Source of the DNA: an uncultured Bulleidia sp.
Lineage (GTDB): Bacteria > Bacillota_I > Bacilli_A > Erysipelotrichales > Erysipelotrichaceae
Direction: 5' to 3'
Assembly: GCA_947087645.1 (NCBI GenBank)
Contig: CAMUDN010000003.1
Coordinates: forward strand, 89,956 to 153,955
Length of the DNA stretch: 64,000 nt
A program made the translations under genes and the position numbers. This document shows, piece by piece, positions 39,183 through 48,370 of this stretch. The notes under the pieces are model-generated. The model searched no databases. It saw only the letters and a list, made by a program, of their open reading frames with translations, and had not been told where the DNA came from. The stretch's first letter is position 1. Every line of letters begins with the position of its first letter.

Positions 39183-41362
39183 TGATAACAGACACTTTAC
39201 AAGGTAAGTTTAAATATATTATTTTTCATAGTGAAGATAGCTTCTATACAGTTGCTAAATTTCAAGATAATAAGCAAGCAAAATTATTGACTGTAACTGG
39301 TTATTTTCATCATCTTGATGAAGAACAAGAATATAAGTTAGATGGTCATTATGTTGATCATCTTAAGTTTGGTTTGCAGTTTTCTTGTTTTAAGTATGAA
39401 AAAGTACAGGATAATGATGAAAAAGGATTAATTAAATATTTAAGTAGTTCTTATTTTCAATACATAGGTGAAAAGACAGCCCAAAAAATTGTATCAACTT
39501 TAGGCTTGAGCTGTTTACAGATGATTAAAGAAAATGCAGATTGTTTAAAGCAAGTACCATCATTGTCAAAGAAGCAAAAAGAGTCAATTATAAAAGGTAT
39601 TTTAAAAGATGATGATAGTTTAGAAAAGATTATTCCTTTATTAAGTGCAAGTGGTATTGGACAGCGAAATATAATGGCTATTTATCATTTTTATGGTGAT
39701 GAAGCTTACGCTAAAATAATTGCTAATCCATATCGCTTAATCGAAGATATTTATGGTATTGGTTTTAAAACAGCTGATAAAATAGGTCAGCAAATAGGTA
39801 TTGCTAAAGATGATGAAAGAAGGATATACGCTTATCTTATTGCATTAGTTAATAATTTAACGATGCAAAGGGGAGATAGTTATGTTTTATATGATGATTT
39901 AGCATATAAATTTCGTGTTCAAAGTCATTTAAATAATTCCTTGTTTACGAAGATAATATCTAAAATAGTTTTTAATAATGCTTTAATAGCTGAGGAAAAT
40001 CGACTTTATCCTTGCCTACAATATGAAGCAGAAAAAGGAATTAGCCAAATATTGCAGACATTTCCAAAAGAAAAATTAGCAAGTTGTAATGATGAATTAT
40101 TAAAAAATGAAATTAATCATTTAGAAAAAGATTTAAATATTAAATATGATGAGATACAAATAGCTGCTATTTATCACTTTTTTAAAAATGATTTTATGAT
40201 TTTAACAGGTGGACCAGGAAGTGGTAAAACAACTTTATTACGTGCTTTCGTTGCTCTTTTTAATAAAATGTATCCACTATTAAAAATAGTATGTTGTGCG
40301 CCAACAGGACGAGCAGCTAAAAGACTGAATGAAGTAGCAAATGTAAATACTTCAACGATTCATTCACTATTACAATGGAATTTAGAATCCAATGAATTTC
40401 AAAGAAATGAAAATAATCCGATAGATGCTGACGTTTTAATAATTGATGAATTTTCCATGGTTGACCAGTATCTTTTTTATCGTGTTTTATTAGCAGCTGG
40501 TAAGCTTAAAAAAATCTGCGTTGTTGGTGATGAAGATCAATTACCATCTGTTTCACCAGGTTCTTTATTACATGATTTAATTCATTGTCACAAATATGCT
40601 TATCAAAAATTATCATATATTTATCGGCAAAAAGAAGGTTCGGAAGTCATCCAATTAGCTAATGATTTACGTCTTGAAAAAGTTAATTTATCCATTTTTA
40701 GAAAAGATGTTACTTTTTTAGCTTGCTTAGAACAAATGATCCGACCAATTATTCAAAGAGAAATAAATACAGCTTTACAAAATGGTTTTACTTTAGAAGA
40801 TATACAAGTTATTTCACCAATGTATCAAGGAACAGCTGGTATTGATGCTTTAAATGTTTCTTTACAAGAAGTATTTAATCCGCCTACTAAAGAAAAAAAG
40901 CAAATACAATTGATGAGTCGTATTTTACGTGTAGGTGATAAAGTATTACAATTGAAAAATCAACCTGAAAAAGATATTTATAATGGTGACATAGGATTGA
41001 TTACCGATATTAAGCTAGAAGATAAAGCAAAGCATCAAGAATTTAGTCTTTATGTAACATTTAATGATCATATCGTTACATACAAGTGGGAAAATCTTGA
41101 TGAATTAACACTTGCTTATTGTATTTCTATTCATAAAGCACAAGGATCAGAATATCCTATTGTTATTATGGCAATTAGCTTACAACATAAAATTATGTTA
41201 AAAAAACGTTTGTTATATACAGCAATTACTAGAAGTTCAAGATATTTAAAATTGGTTGGTAATGAAGAAGCCTTTTTAAATGGTATTCATATTGTTGAAA
41301 AAAAAGAAAGAAAAACAACTTTACAAGCAAGATTGATACAAAAAGAAGAAAATTTATGGTAG
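39182..41362 (+). CDS. recD2: RecD2-type SF1 ATP-dependent DNA helicase
   Basis: Walker A GGPGSGKTT, Walker B/DExx (LIIDEFSM), N-terminal RecD2 domain, C-terminal SH3-like; 726 aa. Confidence 0.9.
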   Translation: MITDTLQGKFKYIIFHSEDSFYTVAKFQDNKQAKLLTVTGYFHHLDEEQEYKLDGHYVDHLKFGLQFSCFKYEKVQDNDEKGLIKYLSSSYFQYIGEKTAQKIVSTLGLSCLQMIKENADCLKQVPSLSKKQKESIIKGILKDDDSLEKIIPLLSASGIGQRNIMAIYHFYGDEAYAKIIANPYRLIEDIYGIGFKTADKIGQQIGIAKDDERRIYAYLIALVNNLTMQRGDSYVLYDDLAYKFRVQSHLNNSLFTKIISKIVFNNALIAEENRLYPCLQYEAEKGISQILQTFPKEKLASCNDELLKNEINHLEKDLNIKYDEIQIAAIYHFFKNDFMILTGGPGSGKTTLLRAFVALFNKMYPLLKIVCCAPTGRAAKRLNEVANVNTSTIHSLLQWNLESNEFQRNENNPIDADVLIIDEFSMVDQYLFYRVLLAAGKLKKICVVGDEDQLPSVSPGSLLHDLIHCHKYAYQKLSYIYRQKEGSEVIQLANDLRLEKVNLSIFRKDVTFLACLEQMIRPIIQREINTALQNGFTLEDIQVISPMYQGTAGIDALNVSLQEVFNPPTKEKKQIQLMSRILRVGDKVLQLKNQPEKDIYNGDIGLITDIKLEDKAKHQEFSLYVTFNDHIVTYKWENLDELTLAYCISIHKAQGSEYPIVIMAISLQHKIMLKKRLLYTAITRSSRYLKLVGNEEAFLNGIHIVEKKERKTTLQARLIQKEENLW

Positions 41363-41374
41363 AATATTTTTAAA

Positions 41375-41592
41375 TCAGTAATAAAGGATAAGTACATGAT
41401 GTTCTTGCTATTAAGAAAGGGAATGGTGTTGGGAAGTTCCTTAGCTCACATTATGGAAGCTACCTTTTAGAGTATGAAAACATGCCGTTGATCGCGTTAT
41501 TAATCAAAAAGTGTATTTATTCATAAGAATAAATGAAATAGGATGGTACCGCGTTGATGACGTTCCTTAGTGATAAGGAACTTTTTTATTTG
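41375..41592 (+). promoter_or_regulatory. T-box riboswitch leader (Ala specifier) upstream of alaS; extended -10 promoter TGGTAGAAT at ~41357-41367
   Basis: Putative specifier GAA-GCU-A at 41456-41462, T-box sequence AGGATGGTACCGCG 41540-41553, terminator GTTCCTTA-gtga-TAAGGAAC+T6 at 41562-41587. Confidence 0.85.
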
Positions 41593-41603
41593 AGGAGGAT
41601 AAT

Positions 41604-44234
41604 ATGTCAGAAAAAAAATTAAGTGGTAATCAAGTACGTCAAATGTTTCTCGATTTTTTTGCTTCAAAAGGATGTATGATTGAGCCAGGTGCTTCACTAG
41701 TACCTCATGATGATCCAACTTTATTATGGATTAATGCTGGGGTAGCAGCTTTAAAACCATATTTTGATGGGCGTAAAAAACCATTATGTAATCGTATTTG
41801 TAATGCCCAAAAGTCAATTCGCACAAATGATATTGAAAATGTTGGTAAGACAGCAAGACATCATACTTTTTTTGAAATGTTAGGTAATTTTTCGATAGGT
41901 GATTATTTTAAAAAAGAAGCAATTACATGGGCATGGGAATTTTTAACTTCACCAAAATATATTGGTTTTGCTAAAGAACGTTTGTATGTTACTGTTTATC
42001 CTGATGATCAGGAAGCAATTGATCTATGGCTTAAAGTAGGTATGATACCATCACATATTCGGAAAACAGAAGATAATTTCTGGGAGATTGGTCGTGGTCC
42101 TGGTGGTCCAGATACAGAATTATATTATGATCGTGGACCAGCTTATGATCCAGATGGAAAAGGTGAAGAATTATTTTTTAAAGATTTGGAAAATGATCGC
42201 TATATTGAAGTATGGAATATTGTTTTTTCACAATATGATTGCCGTCCGGGTGAGGTTGAACGTAGTGCATATAAGGAATTGCCTCAAAAAAATATTGATA
42301 CTGGTATGGGCTTAGAAAGACTAGTTGCTTTAATTCAAGATGGTGAAACAAATTTTGATACTGATTTATTTTTACCAATTATTCATATTACTGAAAAATT
42401 AGCTAAGTATCCTTATCAAGATAATAAATATAAAATGGCTTATCGTGTTATAGCTGATCATATTCGAACGGTAACTTTTGCTATTGCAGATGGAGCTATG
42501 TTTGCTAATGAAGGTAGAGGCTATATTTTAAGACGTGTTTTAAGAAGAGCTGTACGTTATGGTCTTAAACTAGGTATTCAAGGTTCTTTTATGTATCAAT
42601 TGGTAAAAGTGGTTGCTGAAAATATGGCTGATTATTATCCTTATTTATTAGCAAAAGTAGATTTAATTTCACGTTTAGTAAAAACGGAAGAAGAAGCTTT
42701 TCATCGGACTTTATCATTGGGTGAAAATTTATTAAATTCAGCCATGAATAAATATCAAAAAACAAAAAAATTACCTGGTGAAGTTGTTTTTCAGTTATAT
42801 GATACATATGGTTTTCCTTTTGAATTAACTAAAGAAATTGCCCTTGAATCTGCTTATCAAGTTGATGAAGATGGTTTTAAATTACAGATGAGTAAGCAAA
42901 AAGAACGTGCCAGAGCTGCCCGTGGAGATATTCAGTCAATGCATGGACAGGCTGAAGATTTATTAAATTTTCATGATGAAACAAAATTTTTAGGTTATGA
43001 GGAAAAAGAATGTGATGCTCAAATTATAGCTTTATTTAAAGATGGTAAACGGGTTTCATCACTATCGGGTGAAGGTGATGTTGTAACTAATCAAACAGTA
43101 TTTTATGCTGAAAGTGGTGGACAATGTGCTGATACAGGTAAACTTTGGTTGAATAAACAAGTAATTGAAGTTAATGATGTGCAAAAGGCACCTAATGGTC
43201 AATTCTTACATCATATTGATAGTCATGATATTACTTTAAAAGTTGGTGATAAAGTTCATCTTGCTTATGATTATGAAAAACGTGAATTAACCCGTGCTAA
43301 TCATTCATCTTTACATTTATTACAAGCTGCTTTAAAGAAAGTTTTAGGTGATCATATTTCGCAAGCTGGTTCATATAATTGTCCAGACTATGCTCGTTTT
43401 GATTTTAATCATTTTGAAAAAATGACAAGTGAACAAATAAAAGAAGTTGAAAATTTAGTTAATGAACAAATTTTTGCTCATATTCCAGTAACAACAGAAA
43501 TCTTACCTATTGAACAAGCTAAAAAAACAGGGGCAACAGCACTATTTGATGAAAAATATGGTGATTTTGTTCGTATTGTTAGTATGGGCTCATTTTCAAA
43601 AGAGTTTTGTGGTGGTACGCATGTTCGTAATACAGCTGAATTAGGACTTTTTCATATTGAAACTGAAGAATCGGTAGGTTCAGGAGTAAGACGTATTACT
43701 TCCATAACAAAGAAAAAAGCTTTGATGTATTATCAAGAAATGGAAAATTATTTGATAGATACAGCCAATTTCTTGAAATTAAAAAATTGGCATAAAGTAA
43801 AGGAAAAAGTAACTTTCTTACAAGCTGAAAATGATAACTTAAAGCAAGAAATAAAAGAATTAAAAGAAGAAAAAATGAAAGCTGAAAGTGAATTTTTATT
43901 GTCACAAGTAAAAGATATAAATGGTTTAAAGACATTAATTGTAACTTTAAAAGATAAAGATAATGCTTGTTTAAAGGAGTATGCTTTATTACTTAGAAAT
44001 AAGTTAAAAAATGGTTTTGTCTTTTTAGCTAATGTTTGTGATGATAAAATTATCTTTGTGGCTGCGGCTGATCATGAAGCAATTAAAAAAGGCATAAATG
44101 CTGGGACATTAGTTAAAAAAGCTGCCCAGATAACGGGTGGTAATGGTGGTGGTAAACCTGATTTAGCACAAGCTGGTGGAAAAGATATTAGTAAACTTAA
44201 AGAAGCAATAGAAGCAATTAATAATTCCTTATAA
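41604..44234 (+). CDS. alaS: alanyl-tRNA synthetase
   Basis: Class-II catalytic core, editing domain (HxxxH…CGGTH), C-Ala domain with GGGKPD-like motif; 876 aa. Confidence 0.96.
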   Translation: MSEKKLSGNQVRQMFLDFFASKGCMIEPGASLVPHDDPTLLWINAGVAALKPYFDGRKKPLCNRICNAQKSIRTNDIENVGKTARHHTFFEMLGNFSIGDYFKKEAITWAWEFLTSPKYIGFAKERLYVTVYPDDQEAIDLWLKVGMIPSHIRKTEDNFWEIGRGPGGPDTELYYDRGPAYDPDGKGEELFFKDLENDRYIEVWNIVFSQYDCRPGEVERSAYKELPQKNIDTGMGLERLVALIQDGETNFDTDLFLPIIHITEKLAKYPYQDNKYKMAYRVIADHIRTVTFAIADGAMFANEGRGYILRRVLRRAVRYGLKLGIQGSFMYQLVKVVAENMADYYPYLLAKVDLISRLVKTEEEAFHRTLSLGENLLNSAMNKYQKTKKLPGEVVFQLYDTYGFPFELTKEIALESAYQVDEDGFKLQMSKQKERARAARGDIQSMHGQAEDLLNFHDETKFLGYEEKECDAQIIALFKDGKRVSSLSGEGDVVTNQTVFYAESGGQCADTGKLWLNKQVIEVNDVQKAPNGQFLHHIDSHDITLKVGDKVHLAYDYEKRELTRANHSSLHLLQAALKKVLGDHISQAGSYNCPDYARFDFNHFEKMTSEQIKEVENLVNEQIFAHIPVTTEILPIEQAKKTGATALFDEKYGDFVRIVSMGSFSKEFCGGTHVRNTAELGLFHIETEESVGSGVRRITSITKKKALMYYQEMENYLIDTANFLKLKNWHKVKEKVTFLQAENDNLKQEIKELKEEKMKAESEFLLSQVKDINGLKTLIVTLKDKDNACLKEYALLLRNKLKNGFVFLANVCDDKIIFVAAADHEAIKKGINAGTLVKKAAQITGGNGGGKPDLAQAGGKDISKLKEAIEAINNSL

Positions 44235-44283
44235 ACAACAATTTATTTTAAATAAAAAATGTTATAAAATAGTAAAAAGGAGG

Positions 44284-44562
44284 ATGTTTATGACCGATAA
44301 TCATGATATAACCGAAACGGTAAGTTTCAATGCTGAAGAATTACGTCGTGAAAATATTAAAGAAGTTCTCCAACATGTTGAAAAAGCATTAACTGAAAGA
44401 GGGTATAATGCAATTAATCAAATGGCAGGATTTTTGATTTCTAATGATCCGGCCTATATTTCATCACACAATAATGCTCGTAATATCATTCAGTCAATTG
44501 AAAGACATGAAATTATTGAAGAGTTAGTTCGTTACTATTTGGAAGGTCATCTTAAAAGATGA
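44284..44562 (+). CDS. IreB/UPF0297 (YrzL) family protein
   Basis: C-terminal …EIIEELVRYYLEG…; conserved position between alaS and ruvX as in Bacillus. Confidence 0.7.
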   Translation: MFMTDNHDITETVSFNAEELRRENIKEVLQHVEKALTERGYNAINQMAGFLISNDPAYISSHNNARNIIQSIERHEIIEELVRYYLEGHLKR

Positions 44563-44978
44563 AGTATATTGGTTTAGACTTAGGTAGTGTTACATGTGGA
44601 ATTAGTGCTTCTGAAACAGGTTTTATTGCTCATACAGTAGAAACAATTCGTTTTAGTAGTGAAGATTATGATGAAGCGATGGATAAAGTTTTAGCTGTCA
44701 TTAAGCGTGAAAAACCAGATGAAATTGTTTTAGGATATCCCTTATTATTAAATGGTGATGTTGGACCGCGAGCACAAATCTCCGAAGCTTTTAAAGCTGT
44801 TTTAGAAAAAGAATCGGGTTTACCTGTACATTTAATGGATGAGCGTTATACGACTGTTGAAGCAGAAGAGATTCTTTTACAGGCTGATTTATCACGTAAA
44901 AAAAGGAAGAAGAAAATTGATCAATTAGCAGCTGTACGAATTTTACAATATTATTTAGATCGACAAGAAAAGAGGTAA
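44559..44978 (+). CDS. ruvX: putative pre-16S rRNA nuclease / Holliday-junction resolvase-like YqgF (RuvX)
   Basis: MKYIGLDLGSVTCGISASE… RNase-H-like N-terminus; 139 aa. Confidence 0.88.
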   Translation: MKYIGLDLGSVTCGISASETGFIAHTVETIRFSSEDYDEAMDKVLAVIKREKPDEIVLGYPLLLNGDVGPRAQISEAFKAVLEKESGLPVHLMDERYTTVEAEEILLQADLSRKKRKKKIDQLAAVRILQYYLDRQEKR

Positions 44979-44980
44979 AA

Positions 44981-45220
44981 ATGCAAGAAGATCGGATGCT
45001 TATTCAACTAGATAATGGTATAGAAAAAGAGGTACATATTCTTTTTACTTTTACTAATGAAGGTAAAGATTATGTTGTCTTTGAAGATATCAATAATAAT
45101 GATGGTACCGTTTATGCCTATATTTATGATGATCAGCATCAATTAACTCAAATACCTGATACCGATATGGAGATGGTTGAAGAAGTTATTGCCACTTTTA
45201 GTGAAGGAGAGCAGTCATGA
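44981..45220 (+). CDS. DUF1292 (YrzB) family protein
   Basis: Pattern …Y.V.ED…V.A.IY……L..I.DTDMEMVEEVIATF… resembles B. subtilis YrzB; conserved synteny. Confidence 0.75.
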   Translation: MQEDRMLIQLDNGIEKEVHILFTFTNEGKDYVVFEDINNNDGTVYAYIYDDQHQLTQIPDTDMEMVEEVIATFSEGEQS

Positions 45221-46284
45221 AAAAATGTATACGTTTTTCTATATTTGCCCTACTTGTTCTTTTTTGCGGTTTGATAGCTTATTTCGGTTTTCATTATTGG
45301 CAAGTACAAAAGCCAGTTCAAAAGCAGAGTGAAGAAGTTATTTTTACCATTGATCGTAATACGAAAATGGTTCAAATTGTTCAACACTTAAAAAAAGAAG
45401 GTCTTATTTCTAATGCTTTTTTTACAGAAATATATATTAAGCTAAATCACTTAAATGATTTTAAAGCAGGTACTTTTAAATTAAATAAGAATATGTCTTT
45501 AGCAATGCTTTTAAATGAATTAAGAAGTCTTGAAAGAGCTAAAGCAGGTATGGCATATGTTGATATTATTGATGGCTATTGGCTAAAAGATATTGCACAT
45601 GAAATATCAGCTAAAACAGGAATTGATGAAAAAGAATTATTTAAATTATGGCAAGATCAAGATTGGTTGAAAAAGCAAATGAAAGAATATCCTTTTTTAA
45701 CAAATGATATTTTTAATACCAATGTGCGATATTATTTAGAAGGATATTTTTATCCCGCACGTTATTATTTTCATAAAAAAACAAATGCTAAAGAGATAAC
45801 TAAGATTTTATTAAATAAGAGTTTAGATATTTTTAAGAAACATAAAGAAGAATTTACTAAATCATCTTTATCAGTTAAAGATGTTTATACTTTAGCATCT
45901 ATTATTCAATATGAATCAGGTTCTAAATTAGAAGAAGGAAAAATGGTAGCTGGCATTTTTATGAATCGTTTACGAGCTAAAATACCATTAGGATCTTCTT
46001 CAAGTATTTGTTATGCAATGGATATTGAAAGAAAAAATGGTGATTGGAAAGCTTGTGAAGTAAATTCACAATTTGATTCTCCTTATAATACTTATAAGCA
46101 TACCGGCTTACCACCAGGACCAATCAATAGTCCATCGGAAATTGCTTTACAAGCAGCTTTAAAGCCTCAAGATAGTGAGTATCAGTTTTTTATGCATGAT
46201 GTTAAAGATGGTAAAATATATTATGCTAAAACATATGAAGAACATTTGAAAAATATAAAAGAGCATTTAAATTTAAAATCATGA
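45217..46284 (+). CDS. mltG: endolytic murein transglycosylase MltG (YceG family)
   Basis: N-terminal TM, YceG-like domain (…LASIIQYESG…, …GLPPGPI…); conserved synteny (yrrL). Confidence 0.88.
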   Translation: MKKCIRFSIFALLVLFCGLIAYFGFHYWQVQKPVQKQSEEVIFTIDRNTKMVQIVQHLKKEGLISNAFFTEIYIKLNHLNDFKAGTFKLNKNMSLAMLLNELRSLERAKAGMAYVDIIDGYWLKDIAHEISAKTGIDEKELFKLWQDQDWLKKQMKEYPFLTNDIFNTNVRYYLEGYFYPARYYFHKKTNAKEITKILLNKSLDIFKKHKEEFTKSSLSVKDVYTLASIIQYESGSKLEEGKMVAGIFMNRLRAKIPLGSSSSICYAMDIERKNGDWKACEVNSQFDSPYNTYKHTGLPPGPINSPSEIALQAALKPQDSEYQFFMHDVKDGKIYYAKTYEEHLKNIKEHLNLKS

Positions 46285-46760
46285 AAGAAAGTAGTGTCTG
46301 TTATCTTATAAAAGCGAATAAAGTATTAATGCTTTATCGTAATAAAAAAATAAATGATGTTAATCATGGTAAATGGATTGGCATCGGCGGTAAAAAAGAA
46401 AAAAATGAATCTATTTTGCAATGTGCTAAACGTGAAATATATGAAGAAAGTGGTTATCAAGCAATAAAATTACAAAGAAAAGGAATAATCGATTTTATTT
46501 ATGGTCAGCAAGAAGCAGAAAGAATTCATGTTTTTTTATGTGCTGATTTTATAGGACATGAAATCATTTGTGATGAAGGTGATTTAGCTTGGATTTTGCT
46601 AGATAAGGTAGAAAGCTTAAATTTATGGGCTGGTGATCGTTATTTCTTACCTCGCATATTTAAAAAAGATTGTCCTTATTTTCATTATGTGATGCATTAT
46701 GATGAATTAGGTGTTCTAAAAGATGTAAAGGAGATTATATGTGCAAACCAATTATTATAG
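46281..46760 (+). CDS. NUDIX hydrolase (MutT-like)
   Basis: Nudix box GIGGKKEKNESILQCAKREIYEESGY. Confidence 0.8.
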   Translation: MKESSVCYLIKANKVLMLYRNKKINDVNHGKWIGIGGKKEKNESILQCAKREIYEESGYQAIKLQRKGIIDFIYGQQEAERIHVFLCADFIGHEIICDEGDLAWILLDKVESLNLWAGDRYFLPRIFKKDCPYFHYVMHYDELGVLKDVKEIICANQLL

Positions 46761-47371
46761 GCATTGCCGGTGGTAGTGCATCAGGTAAAACAACTATTTC
46801 AAAGACAATTCAAGAAAGATTTAAAGAAAGAACATCTGTTGTGACTATTAGACAGGATGATTATTATAAAGATCAATCAGATATGCCTATGGAGGAACGT
46901 TTTAAGACTAATTATGATCACCCATTTGCTTTTGATAATGATTTATTATTAAAACAATTACAAGATTTATTAGAACATAAAGCAATTGAAAAACCAACAT
47001 ATGATTTTGTTAAACATACACGTAGTCAAATAACAGAAATAGTTAATGCATGTGAAGTTATTGTTTTGGAAGGATTATATGTTTTAGAAGAAGAAAAAAT
47101 TCGTGATCTTTGTGATATTAAGATATTTGTTGAAACAGATGCTGATGTTCGTTTTATTCGTCGCTTAGTAAGAGATGTTAATGAACGGGGACGGTCTTTA
47201 GATTCTGTTATTAATCAATATTTAACAACTGTTCGCTCAATGCATAATTTATTTGTTGAACCAAGTAAACGTTATGCTGATGTAATTATTCCAGAAGGTG
47301 GACAGAATACCGTAGCAATTGATTTGATCACGACAAAAATTGATAGTATCCTAAATGCAATGATGATATAA
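46739..47371 (+). CDS. udk: uridine kinase
   Basis: P-loop IIGIAGGSASGKTT and Udk-typical downstream motifs; 210 aa. Confidence 0.92.
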   Translation: MCKPIIIGIAGGSASGKTTISKTIQERFKERTSVVTIRQDDYYKDQSDMPMEERFKTNYDHPFAFDNDLLLKQLQDLLEHKAIEKPTYDFVKHTRSQITEIVNACEVIVLEGLYVLEEEKIRDLCDIKIFVETDADVRFIRRLVRDVNERGRSLDSVINQYLTTVRSMHNLFVEPSKRYADVIIPEGGQNTVAIDLITTKIDSILNAMMI

Positions 47372-47394
47372 TCGTATAGACTAAGGAGTATACT

Positions 47395-47868
47395 ATGGCC
47401 GAAAATAAAATTTATGTTACAGAAGAAGGATTAAAAAAATTACAAGATGAATATAATCATTTAGTTCATGAAGTTCGTGAACAGGTAAAGGTTGAACTTG
47501 CTGAGGCACGTGCACAAGGTGATTTAAGTGAAAATGCTGATTATGATGCAGCACGTGAAATGCAGGCACAAGTTGAATCACGAATTGCAGAATTAGAAGT
47601 TAGTTTACAAAATTATGTTTTAATTGATACTAAAACTAAAGGTAGAACAAATACTGTTAAAATTGGTATGACAGTTCGTTTAGAATTTTTGGATACTAAA
47701 GAAGTTAATGATTTTATGATTGTTGGTTCAACAGAGGCTGATCCACTAAATGGTAAGTTATCAAATGAAACACCTTTAGCGCAAGCAATCTTAGATCATA
47801 AAGTTGGTGATACAGTTAATGTACCAGTAGCTAATCCTTATCAAGTTATTATCATTTCTGTAAAATAA
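47395..47868 (+). CDS. greA: transcription elongation factor GreA
   Basis: Coiled-coil N-domain with acidic tip and FKBP-like C-domain; 157 aa. Confidence 0.93.
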   Translation: MAENKIYVTEEGLKKLQDEYNHLVHEVREQVKVELAEARAQGDLSENADYDAAREMQAQVESRIAELEVSLQNYVLIDTKTKGRTNTVKIGMTVRLEFLDTKEVNDFMIVGSTEADPLNGKLSNETPLAQAILDHKVGDTVNVPVANPYQVIIISVK

Positions 47869-47911
47869 GGTTTTTTAAAGTAGTTGGTAATGAGATAAGT
47901 GGAGGTTTCTT

Positions 47912-48370
47912 ATGAAGCTGATACTTATCTCTTTTTTATGTTTTTTATTTGCTTGTTCATCGCATAAAATGATGCATATTGATTTATGTAAACAAGATGA
48001 CATAGAAGTTAATTTAATATATGAAAATAAGCAAAAAAAGACTATTCGTTTAGCTCCTTTTTCAACTATTGCTGATGTTTATCGGCAAGTAGGTGAAGAA
48101 AATACTGATATACAAAGATATGATCCTCAACAGATATTACATCATGGTGATACACTCTATTTTAACAGTCAAGTAAATAATAAAGTTTCAATTAATAAAG
48201 CAAGCATTGAAGAATTACAAACATTACCTGGTATTGGTAAAAATATGGCTCAGAAAATAATTCAATATCGAAAAGAAAATGGTTTATTTAAAAAGATTGA
48301 AGATCTATTAAAAGTACAAGGCATTGGGCATAAAAAATATGAAAAGATTCAACATCAAATTATTCTTTGA
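47912..48370 (+). CDS. comEA: competence protein ComEA (lipoprotein-like signal, tandem HhH DNA-binding)
   Basis: …ELQTLPGIGKNMAQKIIQYRKENGLFKKIEDLLKVQGIGHKKYEKI…. Confidence 0.82.
   Translation: MKLILISFLCFLFACSSHKMMHIDLCKQDDIEVNLIYENKQKKTIRLAPFSTIADVYRQVGEENTDIQRYDPQQILHHGDTLYFNSQVNNKVSINKASIEELQTLPGIGKNMAQKIIQYRKENGLFKKIEDLLKVQGIGHKKYEKIQHQIIL

Noticed and set aside
41521-41718. 65-aa ORF on the minus strand overlapping the alaS T-box leader and alaS start
   Set aside because: It overlaps a recognisable T-box element/terminator and the alaS RBS. It is most likely spurious.
42088-42807. Several 66-79-aa ORFs on both strands inside alaS; similar small ORFs inside tyrS (2930-3365), leuS (28725-29454), ackA (59312-59530) and the nrnA end (61030-61212)
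   Set aside because: They lie in alternative frames of strongly supported conserved genes. The AT-rich genome generates long stop-free stretches with low-complexity, hydrophobic translations. These are not genes.
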